Below, piece after piece: positions 49,654-61,474 of a DNA stretch of 64,000 nt (its first letter is position 1; the number at the start of each line of letters is the position of its first letter). A program made the translations under genes and the position numbers. The DNA lies in NCBI GenBank assembly GCA_030390025.1, contig JASTWF010000034.1, forward strand, positions 1,674,001 to 1,738,000, written 5' to 3'. A model generated the notes under the pieces. That model had not been told where the DNA came from, ran no database searches, and saw only the letters and a list, made by a program, of their open reading frames with translations. Origin of the DNA: Squalus acanthias (Eukaryota).

Positions 49654-52600
49654 CATAGAGTCATCGATAGTCATAATTATACAGCACAGAAAGAGGCCCT
49701 TCGGCCCATTGTGTCCGCGCCGGCCATCAAGCCCTATATATTCTATGCCCATTTTCCCGCACTTGGTCCGTAGCCTTGTATGCTATGGCGTTTCTAGTGC
49801 TCATCTCAATGCTTCTTGAATGTTGTGAGGGTTCCTGCCTCTACCACCATTTCAGGCAGTGAGTTCCAGATTCCAACCACACTCTGGGTGAAAAAGATTT
49901 TCCTCAAATCCCCTCTAAACCTCCTGCCCCTTACCTTGAAACTATGCCCCCTGGTTATTGACCCCTCTACTAAGGGGAAAATTCCTTTCTATCTACCCTA
50001 TCTATGCCCCTCATTATTTTGTATACAAAAATCAGGTCCCCCCTCAGCCTTTTCTGCTCTAAGGAAAACAACCCCAGCCTGAAGCGCTCCAGCCCAGGTA
50101 ACATCCTGGTCAATCTCCTCTGCACCCTCTCCAATGCAATCACATCCTTCCTAAAGTGTGGTGACCAGAACTGCACACAGTATTCTAGCTGTGGCCGAAC
50201 TAGCATTTTGTACATTTCCATCATAACCTCCCTGCTCTTATATTCTTTGCCTCGGCTAATGAAGGCACGTATCCCTAATGCCTTTTTAACCACCTTATCT
50301 ACCTGTCCAGCTGACTTCAGGGCTGTATGTACCTGCACATAAAGGTCCCTCTGATCCTCTGTCCTTCCTAGGGTCCGACCATTGATTGTCTATTCCCTTG
50401 CCTTGTTAGTCCTCCCAAAATGCATCACTTCACACTTTTCAAGGTTAAATTCCATTTGCCACTCTTCTGCCCATCAAACCAACCCGTCTATATCGTCCTG
50501 TAGTCTGAGGCTTCCCTCCTCGCTATTTACCAGCCCACCAATTTTCGTGTCATCTGCGAAATTACTGATCATACCTTCTACATTCATATCTAAATCATTA
50601 ATGTACAATAAAAACAGCAAAGGACCCAGCACCGATCCCTGCGGTACACCACTGAACACAGGCTTCAAGTCACAAAAACAACCTTCGACCATCACCCTCT
50701 GCCTCCTGCCACGAAACCAATTTTGGATCCAATGTGCCAAATTGCCCTGGATCCCATGGTCTCTTACCTTCTTGACCAGTCTCCCATGTGGGATGTTGTC
50801 AAAAGCCTTACTGAAGTCCATGTAGACTGCATCAACTGCACTACCCTCATCCACAAACCTAGTCAACCCCTCGAAAAATTCAAACAATTTTGTTAGAAAT
50901 GATTTCTCCCTTAAAAAGCCATGCTGACTATTCTTGATTAATCCGTGCCCTTCCAAGTGTAGACTAATTCTGTCCCTCAGAATTTTTGCAAATAATTTCC
51001 CGACCACTGATGTTAAGCTCACTGGCCTGTAATTCCCTGGTTTATCCCTAGTACCCTTCTTGAATAATGGTACTCCGTTAGCTGTTCTCCAGTCCTCTGG
51101 CACCTCCCCTATGACCAGAGAGGCTCAGAAAATTTGTGTCAAAGCTCCTGTAATCTCCTCCCTTGCCTCACACTGCAGCCTGGGATACATCTCGTCTGGG
51201 CCTGGGGATTTATCTACTTTTTAGGCCGCTAAAACCGCTAGTACCTCCTCCTTCTCAATGCTAATTTGTTCAAGTATATCACAATCGCCCTGCCTGATTT
51301 CTATGTCAACATCGTCCTTCTCAATAGTGAACACAGAGGCAAAATATTCATTTAAAACCTCACCCACATCTTCCGGCTCAACACACAGATTACCACTTTG
51401 GCCCCTAATACATAAGAACATAAGAAGTAGGAGCAGGAGTAGGCCATATGGCCCTTCGGGCCTGCTCCATCATTCAATGGGATCATGGCTGATCCGAACC
51501 TAGACTTACGTCCACCTCCCTGCCCGATCCCCATAACCCTTAATTCCCTTATCAGCTAGTACCTTGTATAGCTGAAGCAAGACTTCCCTGCTTTTATACT
51601 CCATCCCCCTTGCAATAAAAGCCAAGATTCCATTGGCCTTCCTGATCGACCGCTGTACCTGCATACTAACCTTCTGTGTTTCATGCACCAGGACCCCCAG
51701 ATCCCTTTGTACTGTAGCACTTTGCAGTTTCTTTCCATTTAGATAATAACTTGCTCTTTGATTTTTTTCTGCCAAAGTGCATAACCTCAGACTTTCCAAC
51801 ATTATATTCCAGCTGCCAAATTTCCGCACACTCACTTAGCCTGTCTATGTCCTTTTTACAGGATTTTTATGTCCTCCTCACTCACTGATTTCCCTCCCAT
51901 CTTTGTATCGTCGGCAAACTTGGATACGTTGCACTCGGTCCCCTCCTCCAAATCGTTAATATAGATTGTAAAAAGTTGGGGTCCCAGCACTGACCCCTGC
52001 GGAACACCACTAGTTACTGATTGCCAACCTTAGAATGAACCATTTATCTCAACTCTCTGCCTTCCGTTAGATAGCCGTTCTTCCACCCTTGCCAGTATAT
52101 TACCCCCAATCCCGTGATTCTTTATCTTGTGCAGTAATCTTTTGTGTGGCACCTTATCAAATGCCTTTTGGAAGTCCAAATATACCACATCCACTGGATC
52201 CCCTTTATCCACCCTATTTGTTACGTCCTCAAAGAATTCGAGCAAATTTGTCAAGCATGATTTCCCCTTCATAAAACCATGCTGACTCTGTCCAATTAAA
52301 TTATGCTTATCCAAATGTCCTGTTACTGCTTCCTTAATAATGGACTCCAACATTTTACCAACCACAGATGTTAGGCTAACTGGACTATAGTTTCCAGCCT
52401 TTTGACTACCTCCCTTTTTAAATAAGGGCGTTAAATTAGCAGTTTTCCACTCTGCCGGGACCTTTCCCGAATCCAGGGAGTTTTGGAAAATTACCACGAA
52501 TGCATCCGCAATCCCTACCGCTGCTTCTGTCAAGACCCTAGGATGTAAGCCATCAGGTCCAGGGGATTTATCCGCCTTCAGTCCCATTATCTTACCGAGT

Positions 52601-55600
52601 ACCATATCCTTAGTGATTTTAATCGTGTTTAGCTCCTCCCCCCTATAGCCGCTCGTTTGTCCAGTGTTGGGATATTTTTAGTATCCTCGACTGTAAAGAC
52701 TGATACAAAATATTTGTTGAGCGTATTTGCCATCTCCGTGTTCCCCACTACTAATTTCCCGGTCTCGTCCTCTAAGGGACCAACATTCACTTTAGCCACC
52801 CTTTTTCTTTTTATATAACTGTAGAAACTCTTGCTCTCTGTTTTTATATTTTTTGCTAGTTTACTTTCATAATCTATCTTCCCCTTCTTAATTAATCTTT
52901 TAGTTATTCTTTGCTGGCTTTTAAATGCTTCCCAATCTTCTATCCTACCACTAGATTTGGCTACTTTATATGCTCTTGTTTTCAGTCGGATACAAACTTT
53001 ATTACTTTACTTAGCCACGGATGGCTGTCTTTTCTTTTACGCCCCTCTTTCCTAAGTGGAATATATTTTTCTTGATATTTGTGAAATACCTCCTTGAATG
53101 TACACCACTGCTCCTGTACCGTCTTACACCTTAATCTATTTTTCCAGTCCACTTTAGTCAACTCTGCTCTCATACCTTCATAATCTCCTTTATTTATGCT
53201 TAGTACGCTGGTTTGAGAACCAACTCCCTCACCCTCCAACTGAATTTGGAATTCAACCATGTTATGGTCACTCATTCCAAGGGAATCCTTTACGAGGACA
53301 TTTTGTATTAATCCTGTCTCATTGCACAGGACCAGATCTAAGATTGCCTGCCCCCTGGTTGATTCAGTAATATACTGCTCAAGGAACCCGTCCCTAATGC
53401 ACACTATGAACTCTTCCTCAAGGCTGCCCTGCCCAATTTGATTTGTCCAGTCAATATGAAAGTTAAAATCTCCCATGATTATAGCTGTTCCCTTATTACA
53501 AGCCCCAACTATTTCCTGATTTATACTCCGACCAACAGAGTTACAAATATTAGGAGGCCTATAGACTACGCCCATTAGTGACTTTTTCCCCTTATTATTC
53601 CTTATCGCCACCCAAACTGTTTCACTATCCTGATCCTTTGACCCAATATCATTTCTCACTATTCCAGTGATTCCATCCTTTATTAACATAGCCAAACACG
53701 TCCCTTTCCTTCCTGTCTGTCCTTCCTAATAGTCAAATACCCCTGGATGTTTAGTTCCCAGTCATGGTCACCTCGCAGCCATGTTTCCGTAATGGCCACC
53801 AGATCATACCCATGTGTAGTTATTTTGTACCGTCAACTCGTCTATTTTGTTACGAATGATGCGTGCATTCAGATAAAGAATTTTTAAACATGTTTTGTGA
53901 CAATTTATTCCTGCTTTTACCCCCTTTACTACTTTACATTTATCTTTTTTATTCCGTCCCTTCCTGACACGCTCTGGTTTTTAATTTACCCACTGCTAAT
54001 TTGCTCTATTGCCTAGAAACTTCCGCTGACATTTTTATTCTTCGCCCTTTTGAAACCTCCTCCCCACTAATTAGTTTAAAACCCTCTCTACAGCCCTAGT
54101 TATTCGATTCGCCAGGATTCTAGTCCCAACACTGGCCAAGTGAAGTCCCTCCCAACGGGAGAGCTCTCTCCCGTCCCAGTACTGGTGCCAGTGTCCCAAG
54201 AAGCAAAACCCATTTATCCCACACCAGTCTTTGAGCCACGCATTTAACTCTCTGATTTTATTTACCCTAGCCAAATTTGCTCGTGGCTCAGGTAGTAATC
54301 CAGAGATTATTACCATTGTGGTTCTGCTATTTAATTTGGCCCCTAGCTGCTCATACTCCCTCAGCAGAACCTCTTTCCTTGTCCTATCTATGTCGTTGGT
54401 ACCAACATGGACCACGACAACTGGATCCTCTTCCTCCCACTCCAAGTTTCTCTCCAGCCCAGAGGAGATGTCCTTAAACCTGGCACCGGGCAGGCAACAC
54501 AACCTTCGGGACTCTTGCTCTCGGCTACAAAGAACCCTATCTATCCCCCTTATGATACTATCCCCTACCACTACAACATTTCTTTTTACTTCCCCCACTT
54601 GAATGGTCCCCCGTTCCACGGTGCTGTGGCCAGGTTGCTCATCCTCCCTGCAGTCCCTGCTCCCGTCCTCTCAGGGAGTAAGAGCCTCGAACCTGTTGGA
54701 AAAGAGCAACGGGTGTGGCTCATCCAACACTACCTCCTGGATCCCCGTACCTGCCTCACTCATAGTCACACCCTCCTGTCCCTGGCCCCGGACGACATAT
54801 GAATTAGTTAATCTAATTGGTGTGACTACTTGCTGGAACACAGAGTCCAGGTAACTCTCCCCCTCCCTGATGTGTCGCAGTGTTTGAAGCTCGGACTCCA
54901 GCTCATCAACACAGAGCCGGAGTTCGTCGAGCAGCCAACACTTACTGCAAATGTGATCACCGTGAGCATCAATGGTGTCCACCAGCTCCCACATATTGCA
55001 GCAGTAACACATCACCTGTTCTCCCATTCTATGTAATTAATTAAATTTATTAATATTTTTTAAATACCCTCTGCCCCGCCTGATGAATATCACACCTTAG
55101 AAACTATAAACCACAGAGTTTAAGTTTAAAAAGAGAGAAATACTCACCAACCAATTACGTACCTGCTTTCTGGTGACGTCACACCTCGATTATTTTTTAC
55201 CTCTCTCCCTCCCTCCCTCCGAGTTCGGAGACTGGTCCCGCCTTACCTGGTCTCTGGAGCCTTTTAAACCCTCTACCGCCACCTCGCCTCATGCAGGTCC
55301 GCCGCCGCACCAGGAAGCTGACAAAGATTGAAAAAGTGAGGAACACCTCCCTCCCCTCACTCACCAAACTCGCAGCTTAACACTCTGTTCCAATCTGCAC
55401 TCTAGTCTCCCTTATTTATACTGCTGAGATTTAAATAAGTGAGCTCTCTGGCAGTTACAGAACCAGATTAGACCAGTTAATTAATTAATTACTCTCACCT
55501 GCTCTACAGCACAGAGCTTGCTTAGCCCTGCCCAAGCCTGGAAGAAACTTAAAACTTGATACAGTAAATTTAAATGCTAATTGCAAGCACACAAGACTAG

Positions 55601-58165
55601 AATTTATAAAAATAAGAGATTAATCTTTAAGATTTACTCCCTCACTCACCAAACTCGCAGCTTAACACTCTGTTCCAATCTGCACTCCGTGACAAACTGC
55701 AATCTAGTAATAGGCCCTATTCGTTCCCTCGTTATCCTCTTGCCCTTAATATACTTATAAAACAGCTTGGGATTTTCCTTTCTTTTACCTGCCAGTTTTT
55801 TTTTTCATACCCCCTCTTCACTTTCCTAATTTCTTTTTAAGTACCCCCGTGCACTTCCTATACTCCACTCGGGCTTCCACTGTTTTTACTCCATGTTATC
55901 TGCCAAAAACCTCTCTTTTTTCCGAATCCATTTTTATATATCACTTGACATCCAGGGTTGCCTGGGCTTGTTGGTCCCACCCTTGACCTTTACGGGAACA
56001 TGTTGGCGTTATACTCTCTCTGTTTACTTTGTGAAAGACTCCCACTGCTCTGATGTGGATTTTCCTACAAGTAGCTGATCCCAGTCCACTTTGGCCGGAA
56101 CCTGCCTTATCATATTAAAATCGGCCTTCCCCCAATTTAGAACCTTTACTTCCGGTCCATTTTTGTCCTTTTCCATGACTACCTTGAATCTCAACGAATT
56201 ATGGTCACTGTCACCAAAATGCTCTCCTTATGACACTTCCACCAGTTGCCCAGCTACATTCCCTAGAATTAGGTTCAGAACCGACCCCTGTCTGGTAGGA
56301 CATTCTACATGCTGGCTCAAAAAGCTCTCCTGGATCCACATTAAGAATTAAGCATCCTCTAAGCTTTTCACACTCTGACTATCTCATTTAATATTGGGCA
56401 AGATGAAATCCCCTGCTATTATTACACTATTATTTCGACACTTCTGTGAGATTTGCTGACATATCTGTTCCTCTATCTCCCACTGACTGTTTGCGGCCCA
56501 ACAGTACACTCCCAGCAAAGAGCTTGCCCACTTTTTGTTTTTAAGTTCTACCGATATGGCATCCTTAGAGCATCCTGCTAAGATATCATCCCTCGTTAAA
56601 GCAGTAATTGTCTCCTTGATTAATATTGCGACACCCCCTCCGCTTTTACACCCACCTCTGCCTCGCCTGAAGAATCTATATCCCGGAATATTGAGCTGCC
56701 AGTCCTGCCGCTCCCTCAACCATGTCTCTGTGATAGCAACAATATCATACTCCCATGTTTTCATCAACACCTTCAATTCATCTGCCTTACTCGCAAGACT
56801 CCTTGAATTAAAATAAATGCCACCAGCCATGCCATACAGCCTTGTGCCGTTACATATTTGCTCTGACTTCCAGGCTGAATTGTTTTTTCCTCTATATTCA
56901 GCTGTGCATCACCCCCTACGACAGCTCCACTCTGTATCCCATCCCTCTGCCAAGTTAGATTACCCCCGCCCCCCCGCCCACTCAACAGTACTAGCAAATC
57001 TCCCCGCAAGGATGTTGGTCCCGTTCCGGTTCAGGTGCATCCCGTCCGACTTGTACAGGTCCCACCTTCCCCAGAAGCAGACCCAGTGATCCAAGAAACT
57101 AAAGCCCTCCCTGCTGCACCAATTCTTTAGCCACGCATTCATATGCTCTAGCCTCCTATTCCTGTACTCACCAGCAAGTGGCACCGGGAGTAATACAGAG
57201 ATTACAACCTTTGAGGTCCTGCTTTTTAATCTGCTACCTAGCTCCCTAAATTCTTGTTGCAGGACCTCATCACTCTTTCTACCCATGTCGTTGGTACCAA
57301 TGTGGATTACGACCTCTGACAGTTCGCCCTCCCCCTTCAGAATACCCTGCAGCCGTTCAGTGAGCTCCTTGACCCTGGCACCAGGGAGGCAACATACCAT
57401 CCTGGAGTCACGTCTGAGGCCACAGAAACATTTATCTGTTCCCCTTACGATAGAATACCCTATCACTATTGCTCTCCCACTCTTTACACCCCCCCTCCTG
57501 TACAGCTGAGCCATTCGTAGTGCCATGGACTTGGCTCTTGCTGCATTCCCCTGAGAAACCATCTCCCCCATCAGTATCCAAAACGAAAAATCTGTTGGAG
57601 AGGGAGATGGACCCAGGGGACTCCTGCACTGCCTTCCTTGTTCTATTACACTGTCTGTGGGTCATCTATTTCCTGTCTGCCTGTGCACTCTTTACCTGCG
57701 GTGTGACCACCTCGTTAAATGTTCTATCCACGAAGATCTCAGCTTCGCGGATGCTCCACAGTGACTCCAGTCGCAGCTCCAGCTCCGAAACGCGGATTTC
57801 GCGTAGCTGCAGCTGGAGACACTTCCTTCACATGTGTCCACCCTGGACACCTAAAGTGTCCCTGACTTACAACATAGCACAGGAGGAGCACTCCACGCTG
57901 CCGAGCTGCCCTGTCATGTCCTACCAATAATTTACTCCCTTTAAATTAAAGAATATTAAATACACTAGGGACCTTACTTCCCTTTAAGCACTACTTGCTC
58001 TAAACTCGAGACCTTACTTTTAGTTTAACGACTGGACTGTAGAAATATTCACCAGGTCTTGGAAGCTGACAAAGACAGAAAAAGAAAGGAACACATTCCT
58101 CACACACCAAACTCGCAGCTTAACACTAGGTTCCAAACTGCACTCCATGACAAACTGCACTCAAG
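49654..58165 (-). mobile_element. Near full-length CR1 (outer), split by a younger CR1 at 51411-55707
   Basis: ORF1 pieces 57927-56960 (esterase-like IVIGYSIVRG, IHIGTND), EN 56830-56384, RT 51103-49970. The reading frame RERIGPI|RGQSGNLCVE is continuous across the insertion. Confidence 0.9.
51411..55707 (-). mobile_element. Near full-length CR1 (inner), TSD taata, internal 3' deletion
   Basis: ORF1 55027-54071 (Cys-rich N-terminus, coiled coil, VVGDSIIRG / HVGTND SGNH esterase), EN 53695-52982, RT 52605-52030. taata at 51406 and 55708. Confidence 0.93.
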
Positions 58166-58166
58166 C

Positions 58167-58682
58167 CAGTACTGAGGGAGTGCTGCATTGTTGGAGGTGT
58201 AGTACTGAGGGAGCGCATCACTGTCAGAGGGGCAGTACTGAGGGAGTGCATCTCTGTCAGCGGGGCAGTACTGAGGGAGCGCATCACTGTCAGAGGGGCA
58301 GTACTGAGGGAGCGTATCACTGTCAGAGGGGCAGTACTGAGGGAGCGCATCACTGTGAGCGGTGCCATGTCTCAGATGAGACGTTAAACCTGTCTGTTCT
58401 ATAAGTTGGACGTAAAAGATCCCATGGAATTATATTGAAGATGAGCAGCAGGGTTAACCCCGGTGTTCTGGCTAATATTTATCTCAATCAACATCATTAA
58501 AGCAGATTATCTGGTCATTATCACATTGCTGTTTGTGGGAGCTTGCTGTGCTCAAACTGGCTGCCACGTTTCCGACAGTACAACAGTGACTTCACTTCAA
58601 AAGGAAGGACGTCATTGGCTTGAAAGCACATCCCAGGATTGTGAAAAGCGCCGTATCAATTCAATTCTTTCTTCCTTTCTTA
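58167..58682 (+). mobile_element. DeuSINE (SacSINE1-type) with internal 33-bp tandem expansion
   Basis: cagatgagacgttaaacc, gtaaaagatcccatgg and gattatctggtcattatcacattgctgtttgtgggagcttgctgtg (Deu domain); 6 copies of cagtactgagggagcgcatcactgtcagagggg. Confidence 0.85.
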
Positions 58683-58829
58683 ACTGTAATTTCCAAAAGG
58701 TAATTGGATGCAAACTTGAAAAGGATAAATTTTCAGGGCTCTGGGGAAACGGCTCAATTGTTCATCACCATTCACAACAGGATATGAAAGCTTTGAAATA
58801 ATTTGATGTGTTGGGATCGCTTGGCTCTG

Positions 58830-59450
58830 TCTAATTTAATTCCATTGATCACCATGGTAGATGCACATGATATGATGGAGGGTGTCCTCAGGGTGAAGGC
58901 GAGACTTATTCTCCACACACATTGAGCGGTGGTCAGTCCTACCAAGATCGTCATGGACAGATGCATATGCGATAGATAGATTGGTGAGGACGAGGTCAAG
59001 CAGGCTATTCTCTCATCTTGGGTCGCCCACGAGCTGCCGCAATCCCAGTCTGGCAGCTATGTTCTTCAGGGCTCGGTGAATGATGGTACTTCCCAGGCAC
59101 GATTGGTGATGAACATTGAAGTTTCCCCCTCCCGAACCAGTGTATAATTTGCGCCCTTTCTGCTCTCGGTGCTCCCATCAACTGGTGTTCAGCATGAAGA
59201 TGTGTCGATTCAACAGCTGAGGGAGGGCGGTAGGTGGTAATCAGCAGGAAGTTACCTTGCCCATGTCTGACTGGAAGCCATCAGACTTCATCATATCCTC
59301 AGGCAATGTTGAGGACTCATTGTTTCTCCCTCCGGATTGTATACCCCTGTGTCCCCACCTCTGGTGGGTCTGTGCAGACCCTGGAATGGTGATGGAGTGT
59401 TTGAGAATGTTGACTGACAGGTATGGTTCTGTGAGTATGATTATGCGAGA
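58830..59450 (-). mobile_element. Highly decayed LINE endonuclease fragment
   Basis: Minus strand acagacccaccagaggtgggg (DRPTRGG-like) and gggggaaacttcaatgttcatcacc (GDFNVHH-like). Confidence 0.6.
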
Positions 59451-59622
59451 ATTTAACATTTCCAGAGAGTTTCCTGGAGTGTTGAGCTGCTTACAGCGTA
59501 TTTATCTCATTGGTTAATATTTTAAGTGTTTTCCTTTGAGCCCTCCGTTTTAATCCTTTGCACCTGTTAATTATTCTTCCACTCGGTCAAACACGATGTC
59601 ATGTTTGTCTGGGTAAGGTTAC

Positions 59623-59650
59623 TCTTCTTCTTCTTCTTCTTCTTCTTCTT
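59623..59650 (+). repeat. (TTC)n microsatellite
   Basis: About 9 TTC units. Confidence 0.95.
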
Positions 59651-59682
59651 GTTCTATTTTCAGGCAATAGAGAAATGAACTG

Positions 59683-60082
59683 TGAATGAAATTCCTGGAC
59701 TGAGGCGGGAGCAGTGTCATCTCGGCAGCCCTGGGAATGAAATTCCTGGATTGAGGCGGGAGCAGTGTAATCTAGGCGGCCCTGGGAATGAAATTCCTGG
59801 ACTGAGGCGGGAGCAGTGTAATCTAGGCAGCCCTGGGAATGAAATTCCTGGATTGAGGCAGGAGCAGTGTAATCTAGGCGGCCCTGGGAATGAAATTCCT
59901 GGACTGAGGTGGGAGCAGTGTAATCTAGGCAGCACTGGGAATGAAAGTCTTGGACTGAGGTGGGAGCAACGTAATCCAGGCAGTCCTGGGAATGAAATTC
60001 CTGGATTGAGGTGGAGCAATGTAATCTAGGCAGCCCTGGGAATGAAAGTCTTGGACTGAGGTGGGAGCAGTGTATTCTAGTC
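59683..60082 (+). repeat. 51-bp minisatellite (~8 copies)
   Basis: gggaatgaaattcctggattgaggcgggagcagtgtaatctaggcagccct at 59733, 59784 and onward. Confidence 0.95.
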
Positions 60083-60219
60083 GAGTCCCATCGTTCCATC
60101 ACTGGGATATTCTCTCAGATCCCGCCATTTAAGACCATTTATTTGTTATTTCTTTAATCCTGATGGCCTGGTATGGAATAAATCAAAGATCTAGTGTGGG
60201 GAAATCCATTTTGTCAGTG

Positions 60220-61470
60220 GTCTAAACAGAGTGCTAAGGTTGTGAATTTGGAACGCTTGGGAATTCGGAGCAGAGGGGAAGGAGGAGAGAACGAGAGGAG
60301 CGGCCGGAGATAAAGGTAGGCCAGAGAACCCGGAGCTGGGAGCGAGTGTAAGGGAGTTCGGTAAGTGACATCAGCACAAGGGAAGACGCTGCAAAGAAAA
60401 AATAACATGTTGATTGTGAATTTTTGAAGTCTTGAGTTTAATTCCGTTAAGTTAGTTGGTAGTCTATTAAATAGAGGCATGGCAGGGCACCTCAGTGCCG
60501 TGGAATGCACACCTTGTGTCATGTGGGAACTCCAGGACACTTCCCACGGGTTTCGGAGCTTGAGCAGCAGCTGGCGTCACTGCGGTGCATCCGTGTAGCT
60601 GAGAGCTCCGTGGATAGCACGTTTCAGGAGGTGGTCACCAGAAGCATAAGAGTGTGCAGGCAGAGAGGGAATGTGTGACCGTCAGACAGACAAGGAGAAC
60701 CATGCATTTAGTGCAGGAGCCCCATGAGTGCATCTCACTCTCGAACCAGTATTCGATGGGTCCGCTGGGGATTACAGCCAGAGCCAAGTCCATGGCAACA
60801 CTGGTGGCTGAGTTGTAAGGGGGTGGCAGGAAGGTCGAGAAAGCAATAGTGATAGGAGATTCGATAGTTAAAGGAACAGACAGGTGTTTCTCCAGCCACA
60901 GACGTGACTCCAGGATGATATGTTGCCTCCCTGGTGCCAAGGTCGAGGATATCACTGAGTGGCTGCAGGACATTCTGAGGGGTGATGGTGAACAGACTGA
61001 GGTCGTGATCCATATTGGCATCATCGACATAGGTAGAGAGAGGGATGTGATCCTGTAGGCAGATAATAGGGAGCTAGGAAAGAGATTATAAAGCAGGACC
61101 TCGAAGGTAGTAATCTCCAGATTACTCCTGGTGCCACAAGCTAGTGAATATGGAAATAGGAGGATAGAGCAATTAAATGTGTGGCTGGAGATATGGTGCA
61201 GGAGGGAGGGCTTTAGATTCCTGGGACATTGGGGTCGGTTCTGGGGGAGGTGGGACCTGAAAAGGCCGGTCGGGTTGCACCTCAACAGAGCCGAACCAAT
61301 ATACTCCCGAGATGCGGGCGGGGCTGTTTGCTAGTGCTGTTGGGGAGCGTTTAAACTAATCTGCCAGGGGGATGGGCACCAGGATGTGGCATTAGAAAGG
61401 AAAAATAAGGTGCACAAAAGATAGGGAGAGACAGATAGCAGTAGAGCATGAAATAGTACGGTATTATGTG
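60220..61470 (+). mobile_element. CR1 5' part (5' UTR + decayed esterase ORF1)
   Basis: IGDSIVKGTDR..CCLPGAKV..IHIG; WGRFWGRWDL..GLHLN. Confidence 0.85.
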
Positions 61471-61474
61471 GGTT

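Noticed and set aside
59599..60102. 17-aa repeat proteins
   Set aside because: Translations of the 51-bp minisatellite and the TTC run.
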